From Octopus sinensis (lineage: Eukaryota), in assembly GCF_006345805.1 (NCBI RefSeq), contig NC_043005.1:79236001-79300000 (forward strand): a stretch of 64,000 nt of DNA, read 5' to 3'. Positions 38,207-52,507 of this stretch are shown here, piece after piece. The notes below the pieces were generated by a model, which was given only the letters and a program-made list of their open reading frames with translations, was not told where the DNA came from and ran no database searches. The number at the start of each line of letters is the position of its first letter. Within the stretch, counting starts at the first letter, position 1. Made by a program: the position numbers and the translations under genes.

Positions 38207-39243
38207 CATGTTGTTTATAATAACCAATGTAGGAAGCGATTTGAGAAACAGATTTAGTTGCTGTTTCTAGTAGGTCAGTTGACCATGTAAAAGCCTGTTC
38301 ACTCTCATCTGTAGTACAACCAAACATTTCTCAGGCCGCGAATAAAGAAACATTATGCAAATCTGACTGATTTATTTGGGGGACGTAGCACCTTGTCAAT
38401 CTAGACCTAGTGGTTTTACCTTAGAGTACTTCCTTCAACAGGTCCTAATCGTACGTAATATAGTAGAATCTGCTATTCCACTTGCTTACGAACGAGCTTT
38501 TATTTGGCCCCACGAAAGGCAATTTTCTGTATTCAAATTTCCCCGAATTACATTAAACTTTCTGAAATAATTAAAACATTCATATGGTGACGTTGTTCTA
38601 AATACTACTATAAAAGGTGCATGATCTTGTGGTGATGGCAGCGGTTCTTTGATCATACGGTCGTCAATCAGCGATGATAGAAAGTTAAATCAATTGTTCC
38701 CAAGCTTAGATATGCCCGAGCCGCAGAAATATTAGACAAAATTATACAAAAACACCACTGCGCACGCGCACTACTGTTATTTTTTTATTAATGAGAAGAT
38801 GGAATGTATTTGGAGCCATGATATTCTCTTCTTTTCCACTATGGAGTTGAACAAGATTAAAATATAAAACTTATTCTAATTACATTTAAGACGGTAAATC
38901 TTCCGTCCGCTTTTCAATCTTCATAGGCAACTTCCGGGCAGGAAAAGCTGCCCACGTATGTGAAACACTGAGATGAAAAAGACAACATATTCACATATTA
39001 CTCAACACTATTTACCTCTGTAAAGAATTATGTGTACCAGCTGCGTGTGACCAACCAGTTTAGGCAGTATTTACACGCGCACGTGTGATCCAAAGGTGTG
39101 GTCCGTATATTTCAATACATCTCAACGCTTCTGAAAAATAAGAAAGAAAATGGAAACTTTGTTTACATACATCGTAATTTCACATATGGCGTCTATAAAA
39201 GCTAAATTTATAAGTACAAAAATTGCAGAAGAATTTGTTATGG

Positions 39244-39316
39244 GGCAGTTTAGCTTAAAAGTAAAGCACTATGACAGGTAATCATAGAGATGTGGGTTCG
39301 AGTCTCATAGCTGGCT
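39244..39316 (+). pseudogene. tRNA-like cloverleaf (Thr-like, GGT), probable pseudogene or SINE head
   Basis: Acceptor GGCAGTT/AGCTGGC (6 of 7 pairs), D stem GCTT/AAGC, anticodon arm CTATGA-CAGGTAA-TCATAG, T arm GTGGG-TTCGAGT-CTCAT. D loop lacks GG and position 33 is A. Confidence 0.6.
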
Positions 39317-39523
39317 GCTAGCAAATTTTTCTGCAATATAAGGATGTTCTATTATGCATTTTAAGAATAAAATATTTCCATATCTGCATATTTCAATACA
39401 TCTTAACGCTTCTAAAAAAATAACATTTTGGTAAAATTTGTTTACATACATTGTAATTATATATATATATAGATAGTTATAGATACATACACATGCTTGT
39501 GTGTATGTAGGTATGCATATAAA

Positions 39524-40488
39524 ACTTAGATATGTTTCGACCAAAGATTGGTCCAGGCCATGTCTAACTTAATAGCACCACCTGATAGGATTATTCGAAT
39601 CCTGTTTAAGTCAAGTTTTGTTTATGGTCCATTCAAGTAGTGAGTTCTTGTTGGGTGAGTTGTATCCAATTATGGATGGCTTATCTGGTATTCTTTGAAG
39701 GAATCGATCCAGACTCCGTTTAAAGTTGATGGGATCCTTTTCCTCTTTGATCCCTTTCGGGACAATGTTAAATAGGGCAGGGCCTGTTGAGGAAAAGAAA
39801 TTATGTTGCAGTGTACATGTATGCTGTGATCTTGAATTGGGCAGGGGACGTATGGCCCGTGGTCCCAGTCTTGGATGAACCTTGAAGCTAATGTTCAGGT
39901 CGTTTGGGCAATGTTGGCGGTATATTCTCCACATCGTACAAATGATGTACCGCTCACGGCGACGCTGGAGATAGTAAAGTTTCAAGGCTTTAAGGCGATC
40001 GAGAGCAGCCATGCCTTCAATTCGTTTAGTAAGTGCCCTCTGGGGTGACTCAATCCTCGAGATGTTTTGTCTTGTACGGGGAGACCACAGTGGGTAGCAG
40101 TATTCGAAGTGTGGCCGCACAAAGGAGGAGAAAAGTGGTATGATGACATCTTGTTCTCTGGACCGGAAACTTCTTAAGATCCAGGAACTCATTCTACGAG
40201 CTATATCGACCTTCTTGTTGATGTGTGCACTCCAACTGAGATCGTCATCAACAATTACACCCAGGTCTCTGATATTGTTAGAGGCTGTGAGCGGTTCCCC
40301 TAAAGGAAGAGAGTATGGCTGTTTTAGTGAGGAATTTCTTCCAAAATGCATCAGTTCAAATTTTCACTCGTTCAGTTGCATTTTGTTTCTGTCTGCCCAT
40401 TGACTCACAGCATATAGATCAGACTGGAGCTGAGTTCGGTCTGCTTCTTCATTGACGATTTGCTGGAGCTTAGTATCATCAGCAAATA
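39524..40488 (-). mobile_element. CR1-clade LINE 3' fragment (RT C-terminal half to 3' end)
   Basis: FADDTKL..LQSDL..WADRNKMQLNE; ORF 39611-40351 RDLGVIVDDDLSWSAHI..VRPHFEYCYPLWSP..LQRRRER..GPALFNIVP; terminal hairpin at 39524-39570. Confidence 0.95.
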
Positions 40489-41362
40489 TATATATAGTGT
40501 AATAAATAAAATATATGCATACATACAAACATATATGTACGTACCTACATCTACATGTATATATACATGCATATATAAATATATATACGTGAGTACAGGA
40601 CACTACAACTAGACGTACAACTCAACGAGAAACGAAAAAGGAAAAACCAATTTTTTACAACAGAAAAACAGAGTACAGGACATACTACACAAGGAAAAAT
40701 CCCCTATCATCAGCTGTCACTAGTTCGACTCAAGCGTGTTTCGAAGGCAAGGCAGGACACGACTCGCCAAACTAGTCCTTCCTGCGAGAGAATTAAAATA
40801 AAATTACCTCGCAGAGGAGTAAACACAAGCAAGAAAAAATGTAACACAAACAGGACGTAAAAACGATACAAATAAAACTACAAAATAAAATACAAGATAA
40901 AAATACATGTACAAGAAAATACAATACGAGAAATAAAAAGAAAATGCATTACGAGAAATAAAAATAAACAAAAAACAAACAAGAAAACAAACGAAAGGGC
41001 CTATTTCTGGCTTAGACGAGGAGATTCTAGATACGCATGGGAACACAGATGTGTGTCTTTTCAGTTTGAAAGCCGCGTGTAAAAGGAAGTAGTTTTGGCT
41101 AGCAGTGACAAAGATGAGGAGGAGTGAGAGAGAGAGAGAGAGAGGAAGACAAGCGGCTGAGAGAGAGATGAGGAAGAGTGAGAGAGAGAGAGGGGGAAGG
41201 TAAAGCAAAGAGAAGAGAATTTCGTGTCATAATTATATATAAAACAGTACTGGGAGAATAAAGAACGGAACGAAGCGAACGAATCGAATCGAACCCGACG
41301 CGAAGGCGCTGTCAAACAATAGTGTACACACACACACACACACACCACACACACATATATAT

Positions 41363-41418
<56 letters not shown>

Positions 41419-43034
41419 TATATATGTATATATGTATATACATATACATGTGTCTATATATATATATATAAATATTCATATATATAATACATGTACATGT
41501 ATGTGTGTGCATTTGTGTGTGTATGTGTGTATGTATGTGAGTGTGTCTGAGTGTGATGTGTGTATGTGTTTGCCTTTGTGCCTGTGATTCTCTCCACTAC
41601 CGTTTCACAATAATTATCGACATTTTACGACCTTGTAAAATAGCTGTTCGTCACAATAGACCGATGAAATAAGTACCACTTGAACACTAAATAATTTCAA
41701 TCGGTTATCCCTAATTCTCCAAAATTTCAGGTCTTTTCCCTACATTAGAAAGGACAATGTACTTCTATGTGCTGTACAAAGAAAGAGCAATATCGTTCTA
41801 TTGTTACGTTTCCCTAACATTTATCTAATCCTTTATCTCGATAACCATCACAGGTTCGGGGAGAAGATATATATCCCTATGAGGGCCTCTGGTAAATATA
41901 AGCCTATGAGATTGCATAGGTCTGTCATTTTGTATGACCTCATAATCAGGTCGAAAGCGCATGTACCTTCCAACGTCTTCATACCAATAGCGTATTTATC
42001 AAATTGGAAGATTTATCAATTATGAGTTATTATCTCTTGCAAAATTAAGGAAAATATTTATCTCTTGCAATATATTCCGTGTAGCTTAATGTCTTTTGGG
42101 GGAAGATGGTGAGTATTTAAAATGTAGAAATCTGCAATTCCAAGCTACGTGAGTGCAGAATTATTTAAATTTTGATCCACTTGAATCACGCTACATGCTG
42201 AGCTCACTATTACTAACCATTAGTTGTTGATAACCGAAAAAAAAATGAATAGAAACAGAAGCAGTATTAATAGCAGAAAGCAATATTTATCTTCCATTAA
42301 AAGTGAGTGTTGTGTTAAAAGACAAAATAATACCTTATTTACCATGATAGAACATCTCATATGGAGTTGTAATGTATATTAGCACTCTTACTCATATAGA
42401 TAGCGGATGATAATCCTCTACTACCATCGCCGAAACTACCAGTTCACATGATTTCGGCCTTCCTTGATTTTTCAAAGGTAGACGTCCGCGCATAGATACA
42501 GCAGCGATTTCTCCGGCAGCGACATGTATAGAATCCTAGCATCTATTCAGGCACCGGTATCGCAAATACCCTATTTTTCAAATATTTACTTCATTACTGT
42601 TTCAGAATATCTGTTACTGATTATTTTTCCTCCATGTTTAGTTGGTTTTATAAACCTAAATCTAATATTAAAACTTACCGTTTTAATTTTTAACTGCTTC
42701 CTGTTGATTGAGGCATTCAACCTTTTTTTTTTTTTAAACCGATTCTCTTTCATATATATTTACCTTCAGAATTAATGTTATCATAATTGGGTGTTGATAA
42801 GTTTGTTATATTCCATAAAGTTATAGACTATGAATGAAATAAAAATCCACAAGTTACCTTCCCTTATTACCTGCTGTGTGCCTGATATAAGATTCTACTA
42901 TTCATAAATATTATGGCTTACAGATATGAATTGTGCAGTGTGGCATAGTGGAACATTCACTTATATATATGAATGTATATATAAATATACAGGTGATTAC
43001 ACTTATCAAGTATTCACTCTAAATTTGCAGTACC

Positions 43035-43090
<56 letters not shown>

Positions 43091-44522
43091 GTGTGTGTAT
43101 GTATATATGTGTGTTCTAGTGGCTGAGTGTATGCGTGCATTTTTATGAACCCCTATGCGAACCTAGATAAACAAATACATCATATTGCCTCGTTACTCAA
43201 CGCAACACTAGACCTTTTTCCCTTCTGTATCTGCACAACGTGTCTACGAGCTGGTTGCTAAATCCATTCAAAAATACATGACTGTGTGAGGAAAATATAT
43301 ACCAGAGATCTAACCATATCGGTAAAATCAACAAAATACACCTCCTACAATTCTGAGGATTTCTATATATGATTCGATCGACTGATGATTTTGGTCTACG
43401 TAATGGGCAAGTATGATAAAAAGGAGTTTAAATTCGGTTAGATCATACTGCCGACACATCAGTGTAATGTAACTATAATACACTGTGTTACTGCCCGCAC
43501 AACATACACACTCACACTCACTCAAATACACACGCATGCACTTCCTTTATCCTTTTCTTCATTCTCCTTTTCTCATTCTTCCGAAAACCGCCCACTATTA
43601 TCAAAGGGATAACGCAAAGAATACGATGCATTTGTTGCAAAAAAAGAAAATATATATATTTTTTATATTCATTAATACTATTTAGTTATATTAAATAATA
43701 ATAAAAAAAACTGAAAACGTAAATATTCTTTCTATAGAGATTAGTATGTTTTATACAGAATCCTGGAAATCTACTATTATCGTTAAATTCTTTGCCAAAA
43801 TATTTATGTCATCATTGTTAGTGGAATATTTGATGAACAAAAAAAGAAAAATTAAAGAAAAAAATTGCCGAACGAAGAGTTAAACGCAACATTGTTATAT
43901 AAAAGATAGATGGTCTTTCGTTTCATATAATTTTTTTTTCTATCTCCTAAATTGGCTCTTAATCATTTACGGATTAATTTCAGGACGGTACAGAAATACT
44001 TTCCATTAAATTCTGTTTGCAATGGTCAGAAAAATCCTATAGACTCAACGTTCTCAGCATTTATCGAGTTCATCATAGTAAATAATTCATTTCTTGTTTA
44101 CAAATATATCCTTTCGGAGTGTTTACATTGGCGCTGGAATAAAGTAAATCGTAGCCTTTCTCTAGTAAAAGAGACTTATTTGGTTCTAAAGCTGTTTCCA
44201 AATAGTCTAGTGCCAGTATTGAAATAGTTACAAAAGCACTTCTGGTCACCTGAAAAGCACTATGATAAATCAGTATAAGAATGACTTGGTTTAATTCTTA
44301 GCCATCAGACGTGAGTGGTTCATCTTAATCTTTTAAATGAAACGACTGAATGTAGTAATTTCCCATCAAATCCCAAATCCCCAAATGTCCATGACGTTTT
44401 CTTTGCCGATTTAGAGAAGAGGAAATAAAAGATGAAGAACAAAAGAAAAAAACTCATACACACACGCACACACACACACACACATACGTATGTACACAGA
44501 CACATATCTATATGTATGTACT

Positions 44523-44571
<49 letters not shown>

Positions 44572-44814
44572 ATGTATATACTATAAACAAATGGTGGAAA
44601 ATGGATGATGAAATATAAAAAAAAATATCATACAATGGAATGAAAAGAAATTAATTTATAAACATATACTAAATACAAACGTTTATAAACATTGTCACTG
44701 TATATACATTTATATACATTTAACACACATAATACACATGCATAGCACCGACATACATATATCACACACACACACATATATATGTGTCTATACATGCGTG
44801 CATTTATGTATATA

Positions 44815-44855
<41 letters not shown>

Positions 44856-44914
44856 GTATGTACATATGTATATATGTATATATATTTATATACATTATAT
44901 ATACATATAATAAC

Positions 44915-44951
<37 letters not shown>

Positions 44952-46354
44952 CTATATATATATATATATACACTCAATTATATATGTATATTTTTGCGTG
45001 ACCATCTGGTTGTTCAAATATAACTGTGCATATATTCAGATGTATATATGAATATATGTATATGTGAAATGCGAAAGCCGGTAAAAATATAATTGCTCAT
45101 GCGAAGAAGAAAAATAAAAGATGTTTGCCTCACAATTTCAACACATATAAAATGAATGGAAAGAAAGACGAACGAAAAATCTCTTTCAGGAGGAATAGAG
45201 AAAAGATAATAAAACGTTTATTATTTTTCTTCCGTTAATACTTAATCACAATGTGGGATAAAATCTATTAGATGACAACACGAAGACTCTTTAGAGGTTA
45301 AAGAAACGAGCACGGAGAATATAGAAGCTGAAGGAAAAGGGTTGGGGGTGCTATTCCACAATGGCTGAAAGAAAACTGCCCATTTCTTTCTTTCATTTTC
45401 TCTGTTCAGTGAAAGCTTTCTATGAGTAAGTGGGTGACGGAGATGGCAGAAGTTTCGGGACTGGCTACGAAGATTTTTAATATCGGAGTAATATGCGATA
45501 ATACGGTCGGATCAAGCTTCAGAAGCCAGCAGTTGTAGGAGTGAGGCACGAAATTAAACTAATGCCACGGTAGAAAGACTTGTATTTAGATCAAGTTGTT
45601 GCAATCTCTCGCAATATTACATTGAAGGCCTTTCAACTGTATGTTATTAGAGCAATTTATTTAATTAGCAAAGTAATTTCTGGTGTTATCTTTGCCAAGA
45701 TTTCAGGTAAAAGCATTTGCTCTCCCTTGATTCTTTCATATAAATTTTCCTCTCTCCCTCATTGACTTTCTGATCCGTAGCTACTTTTCTCCTCCCTTTG
45801 ATGTGTATCCTTTCTCCTTCTCTATAGTTCGTATATAAATCTTTTATTTTCTCATTTAGTAATGCCTTTCAGCTTTCTTTCTTTCTCATCATTTTTCATT
45901 ATGTTTATTCACTTTTCCTTATGTTTGTCTTCTTTCTTTCTTTCTTACTTTCTTTCTTTCTTTCTTCCTTTCTTCCTTTCTTTCTTTCTTCCTTTCTCTC
46001 CCTTGAACATTTATTTTTTCTCTTTCGCTTTTCTGTTCCTTCCTTATCTCATATCATTTTTTCTTTCTGTTCAATTTAATTTTCCAACATTTTCTTTTAT
46101 TCCCTTAACAATACTTTCGTTTTATTTGTCTTTCTACAGTTCCTGATAACAAAGACTCTTAGAAGGGCAAACAAATAAATACTGGAAACCGAAAGAATCA
46201 GTAAGATGGCGGCAACGACGACCACGGCCTAAAACAGCAAATACAACGATAAAAATGCCAAGACAGTAAAGGCAGGATTAAGAAAGGGATAAAGTTAATG
46301 AAACAACGTAAAGGAGAGAGAGTGCATATGTGTGTGCATGTATGTGTGTTAGTG

Positions 46355-46390
<36 letters not shown>

Positions 46391-46668
46391 TATGTAATTG
46401 GGAGACAATAGGAGAGATAGAGAGTTCTACGTAGCGACATGGATTGAGATAAACGGACTAAAGAAATAATCACTCACCTATACGTATAGTTATCTGGTAA
46501 TCTAATTACTTCAGCATTATGCCTCGGCTGTGTATTTATTTATACATCTAGCCACCAAAGGACACTTTCATTGATATTATATATATATAAGTGTGTGTAC
46601 GTGCGTTTGTGCGTGCGTGTGTGCGTATGTGTGTGTTTGTGCCAGTATATATATACACACACACACAT

Positions 46669-46706
<38 letters not shown>

Positions 46707-47573
46707 GCATATATATATATATATATGCAGGTATGAATGTATGTATATTAAGATATAGCGAAAAAACGAGAGAGAAAGCGAGGGAAAGAGAGGGGCATAT
46801 AGATAGAAAATTTTATGATTGTATATATAATACTAAGCAACAGTGTTCTTTAGAAGCATATAGAAGTGAATGACAATAGCACAACTGCAAACGAGGAAAA
46901 AAAGGCACCGATCTTGTAAAAGAGAGCAGGAAGAATGAAACATAACTGAGAGAAAGAGAAGAGAAATGAAGAATGAAAGAAGAAAATCGAAAGGAGATAT
47001 TAAGAAAGAACAAACAGAAAAACGACCCAATGGAAGAACGAACGAAACAAATAAATCGAAAAGAGTTAAGCGATGAGAAAACGTGAGTTTGCTTTGGATG
47101 GCTGAACGGATAAGAAAACAACGAATGAATGGAAGAGTAAAAGCTGACTGATGGCTAATAGGAAAAGATAATATTTATATATTGTATTAAACAAACAGAA
47201 TATCTTGGTGTGTGCTTCCATTAGAAGAGAACAAGCGACTTGCCGTGAATCTTGCAGAGAGGTTAAGGAGAATGGTTACATATATTTTGGGTCACTTCTA
47301 GAATTAACAATTGCAGAAGTTACAGAGAAGCGAACGTAGTATTAGAAGTCAGCAAAGGAAAGATTTCTATTAATGATTGTCGAGAAGTTGTTTAGTTATA
47401 GTGATTTCTTTACAGAATTGGTTACGTTATGCATGTTAACGAAGTTAAGGAATGTGTATAGCGTTGAGTGTACTTAACATGAAGTAATACATCTTGCTGC
47501 CAACTACCTTGCAAAATACTGGCTTGGTAACTTTTTTGTGTTTAAGTATGTATATATGTATGTAAGTATGTAT

Positions 47574-47678
47574 GTCATTATTCAGTTTATTTCAAAATTT
47601 CTTGTCAATAGAGAAAGAACCGGTTTCTAACCTAGAGTCAAGGTTCCTTTATTAGAATTTCAACATCAACAACAGGGT
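47574..47678 (-). mobile_element. ~105-bp mini-element embedded in (TATG)n
   Basis: Homologous to 61033-61139 with the same two ends; TATG repeats on both sides. Orientation is inferred from the AATAAA-like site near the left end. Confidence 0.7.
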
Positions 47679-48169
47679 ATTTTTGTTTATATGTTTGTAT
47701 GTATGTATGTATGTATGTATGTATGTATGTATGTATGTATGTATGTATGTATGTATGTATGTATGTATGTATGTATGTATGTACGTATGTATGCATGTAT
47801 GTATGTATGTATGTATGCATGTATGTATGTAAGTATGTACGTGCAGATTTGTATGTTATATGTATGTATTCTCATGCATAGAGTTACATATCTAGACATG
47901 CTCATAAATATTTAAATGATAAACTTCTGGAAAGTTTTACAGATTTTGAATGTATGCATATATATATGTATGTGAGTATGTGTGTATGTATGTATGTATG
48001 TATGTATGTATGTATGTATGTATGTATGTATGTATGCATGCATGTGTTTGTGTGTGTATGTATGGAGGCATATATATATTTGTATGTATGTATAATTTAT
48101 TTTCTTTTAACAAACAGAAGAAACAATCATTTTAGCAAAACATTAACCAATACTAAAAATAAGAAATAA

Positions 48170-48263
48170 AAAATAAAATAAACAAACTTTTGACGGTTTT
48201 ACAGATATTTCAAAAGTATGATGCTATGATGCTAAGTGTTTCCATTATTTTGTCCAACCCCTG
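48170..48263. mobile_element. Tc1-like terminal inverted repeat remnant
   Basis: Reverse complement reads TA|CAGGGGTTGGACAAAATAATGGAAACAC; partner TIR not found. Confidence 0.6.
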
Positions 48264-48655
48264 TATATATACATACAACATGAAGGAATAGGCATTTAGA
48301 ATCCGAAGTACCTTGTTATCACTCTGATATAATCCAGATGTGCCTAAACATATGAAATTATGGTGCATGCAGAATTGTTTAAGATAAACAATTACAAGAT
48401 ATTTCACTCAATATGGAAATCCTTTCTTCGATTCTTTGGATTTTATACAACATACAGAGTATATAATCAAGACATCATAAGGAAGAATGGAACACTAACC
48501 ATCTTCATAATTTGTTTATTACGGTATTATTTTCATTAAATTTAAAGAGAATAACGCTGTAATAAACACATTTTGCAGGTGCATTAGGCTCCAACCTTCT
48601 GTATGACATCCATATATATATACATGTAGATATACGTATATACACACCTACATGC

Positions 48656-48739
<84 letters not shown>

Positions 48740-48740
48740 G

Positions 48741-48870
48741 TAGCGGTTCGTGAAACAGACCACTAGAATAAGTACTAGTCTTAGTATGTAGTACCCTTCA
48801 AATTGGTGCTCCAGCATGGTTGCAATCAAATGAATGAAGCGAGTAAGTGAATAAAATAATAAAGTAAAAG
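48741..48870 (+). mobile_element. SINE A 3' domain remnant
   Basis: TAGCGGTTCG..AATAAGTACTAG..GGTGCTCCAGCATGG. Confidence 0.6.
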
Positions 48871-49100
48871 AACATATATATATATATATATATATATAAA
48901 TGCATGTGTATTTTTTCAACGTTTACAAATAGCACGGAAAAAAATAAATAGTTACCAGGGTAGTAAAATTTCGCACAAGTACCAACGGTGTAAAAGCCTA
49001 CTTATAAAGGTAGAGATTCCATGTTTTGGTGAAATGATTTTGTATTACATAGATAAATAAATCAATGGAGATAAACGCAGATGTTATTCAAATCTTAATA

Positions 49101-49188
49101 CTTCCGACATACGTTTCGAACTAAACACTGGTATTATTCCAGAGGGAATAAAGTGATGTAAAACAAAGCAATCTTCTCATCAGGGTAA
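49101..49188 (-). ncRNA. Type I hammerhead with intact core and eroded stems
   Basis: TTACC-CTGATGA-GAA...TTC-GAAA-CGTATG-TC-GGAAG: full core, G10.1-C11.1 pair, GUC triplet. Confidence 0.6.
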
Positions 49189-49944
49189 AAAAAGAGAAAT
49201 AAAAATAAATCAATAAGGGTCAGGCAAATTCCCGTTAAGGCCTTCCGTTTCTGACAAATCAAAATATAAAAGACTGGACTAAATTGCAACACCTCATACC
49301 CCGAGGTAAAAATGGGTTTTATGTATAGCCAACAACCCAGGATATAATAAAGCAAATGCACAGACATATCGATGACAATTTCAAAATGAAGACGTGGAAT
49401 AGAAAAACAGCTCGGAGTCGAGAATACTGGGAAAATGTCATCAGTGGGCTATGCTCAGCTCCGTGTGAAGAACTTAAATAGTAAAGAAACTGGTAGAAAT
49501 TTTTGAAATAGAAATTATGGTACCAGAGTCGCCATGGAAGTGAAGATGTGGTTATAGTAATTGGATTAGGATATATTTATGTAGAGCGAAATATAGGCTA
49601 AACTGAGGAATTGTGTTTTGTAATGATGCGTATTATTTTGTTCTGTATACGTTCTTAATCTGAAATGAATAGCAAATACATTGAAAAACAGTATATATTT
49701 GTTTAGCAATTTCGAATGGAGAGAACTGAAAATGAATGCTTGTATATACGTATGTATGTATATATGCATGTACGAATGCATGTATGCATGTATGTATGCA
49801 AAGGTGTATGTATGCATGTATGTATGTATGCATGTATGTGTGTATGCTTGTATATATGTACGTTTTTTTGTATGTATATATGTAATGTATGCATGTATAT
49901 ACATACATATATTTATATATATCTGTGTGTGTACATGTACGTTA

Positions 49945-49995
<51 letters not shown>

Positions 49996-50215
49996 ATATG
50001 CGTGTGCATATATATGTATGTGTGTATATATATATGTGTATGTATTTATGTAGATGGGAGGGAAAGTGTGTGGGAGAGAGAGAAAAAGAGACATATTAAT
50101 AGGTAGATACATAAATATAAGTGCAAATATGGATATAATATATATATTTATGCACACACATAAACACACACTCACGTACATATATATATGCATAATTTAC
50201 GCATATATATACATA

Positions 50216-50257
<42 letters not shown>

Positions 50258-51547
50258 ATATCATATGTATATACATACATGTGTATGTGTATATATATTT
50301 GTCTGTGTGTGTATGCGTGTGGATGTGTATACATATACGTTTGTATGCACGTGTTTACGTATGTGTGTTTGTATTAATGCAGCTCCTAATTTGAATATTT
50401 TTGTAAACGTTTCGAAAAGCTTTTGAGTAGAACGTAAAGTCGTTGAACAGGAGCGCAGCACATTTAGCTTTGTTCAGACATGAACATCTTGGAAATTATT
50501 TCAATTATCCAGGTTGTTTTAATTTGTATCACGTGGTTCAATATCATCAAAAGCCTATTTTTGTAGTTGTTTTTTTTTTCATCTAATCATCTTTTTCCTT
50601 CTGTTGTGGAATTATTAAGGTAATATCATCTTTTATATATTTAACTCGAAGATTTTGATTGAAGCATCATTATTTTAAAGAGAAAGAAAAAATATACAAA
50701 AAAGAATGAAATAAACTAAAATACATTCAATTTAATTATTAGTTACGTGGGAAAATATGATATTATTGCAGTGCCATTACTTATCAATATCTGTATGAGA
50801 AACATGATATGAGTGGAATGGCATTTTAAGAAGAATATAATCAAGTTAGACATCATGCATGCCTCTTATACTCTAAGTAATGTTATATTTCTTTATGGAT
50901 GTTCTTGGTATTTTATTATTTAATCTAATGACATGCGAGATTTCCTAATTATTTCCACAAAACATCTCATTGCTGTGCAAAGATTTCTTTTTAGAATAAA
51001 CATCGCTTGTTAATACGATCTTTAATATTTCTCAATGTTAATATACAATATTTAATATTCTTCAATAAAATCTTCACGTGTTGTAAGTTGTTCTTTCTAC
51101 AATTAGAAATTCTATTTCTTTTTGTATGGAGAATTATGCAGAATGGTTTCTCTATAAATACTGCATTATAATTGAATTATATTCCATAATATTTATGGAT
51201 ATATATATATATATATATATATATAGGTAACATATTGCACAAAGACGTATATTGAGACGTATATTGATAAGTGGAATTACATAGAGACGATTTGGATATT
51301 GACTATATAAACGAAACTGTGTATACGTATGCTTATTTGCATGTTAGAAAAAATATATATATATGTGTGTGTGTGTGTGGTGTGTGAGTGTGCGTGAGTG
51401 TGGGTATGTAAGCATGTGTATAAATGTGTGCGTATATATATATATTATATATATCTATATTATATAAAATGTATGTATATATATATATATATATATATAA
51501 ATATGAATAAATGAAAGAATGGAGTTGAACGAAGATTTTAACAAAAT

Positions 51548-51644
51548 TCCTTTACTCTCGACACATGTTTCGAAGACGGCATACTTTTAATTCCGAAAGA
51601 ATAAATGGTGCATTATGCCATCTTCTCATCAGGAAAGATAAGGA
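51548..51644 (-). ncRNA. Type I hammerhead ribozyme, GUC cleavage triplet
   Basis: CTTTC-CTGATGA-GAAGATGGCATA(loop)TATGCCGTCTTC-GAAA-CATGTG-TC-GAGAG; 12-bp stem II; stem I continues past a 2x2 internal loop (TCCTT/AAGGA). Confidence 0.88.
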
Positions 51645-51737
51645 GCCTCTTTCAGCCACAAGACGAACAAACAATTTATGATTTCTACATGGTGTCCATC
51701 ATCAACATTTTTTGTTCGTCTTGTGGCTGAAAGAGGC

Positions 51738-51834
51738 TCCTTATCTTTCCTGATGAGAAGATGGCATAATGCACCATTTTTTCTTTCGGAATTAAAAGTA
51801 TGCCGTCTTCGAAACATGTGTTGAGAGTAAAGGA
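51738..51834 (+). ncRNA. Type I hammerhead ribozyme, GUU triplet
   Basis: CTGATGA 51750-51756, stem II 51757-51768/51799-51810, GAAA 51811-51814, GTT 51820-51822, GAGAG 51823-51827. Confidence 0.85.
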
Positions 51835-52254
51835 ATTTTGTTAAAATCTTCGTTCGACGCCATTCTTTCATTTATTCATATAAAAAACACACAAATTTCC
51901 ACACAAGAACCCGGAGTTTCTACTCTTAACAGGTCGCTTCAACCGTGTTTTCTGACGTGAATTTGCTACCCAGGTATCGCTTAACCGAATTTCCCATGCT
52001 AGGATAATTCATTCACCTAATGTGTGTGTGTGTGGTGTGTGTGTGTGTGTGTGTGAGTGTGTGTGTGTATCTATATATTTCCTTATATTTATCTATCAGT
52101 ATACCAATCTATCTATCTGTATTACATACTTGCAAACACACGCGTACGCATGCGTGTGCATGCACGCACACACTCACGTACACACGCAGATACACACACA
52201 GAATGAGAGAGGAGCTAGTCAGACATACATACATGCAGACAGAGACAGACAAAC

Positions 52255-52275
52255 AGAGATAGATAGATAAATAGG

Positions 52276-52330
<55 letters not shown>

Positions 52331-52356
52331 GTAGATAGATAGATAGATGGATAGAC

Positions 52357-52419
<63 letters not shown>

Positions 52420-52460
52420 CAGATAGATAGACAGACAGATATATATATATATGTATATAT

Positions 52461-52507
<47 letters not shown>

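Larger units (their letters stand above)
51501..51881. repeat. 381-bp palindrome: 171-bp arms (4 mismatches), 39-bp spacer
   Basis: 51501-51671 is the reverse complement of 51711-51881. Confidence 0.98.

Noticed and set aside
40590-40830. CTGATGA and CGAAAC on the minus strand as a type I/II hammerhead
   Set aside because: Order and pairing are inconsistent; probably a repeat fragment but I cannot assign it.
50880-51150. Possible very old mariner or LINE remnants (also about 1900-2060, 33230-33310, 57900-57990)
   Set aside because: Only scattered 2-4 residue matches; not supportable by eye.
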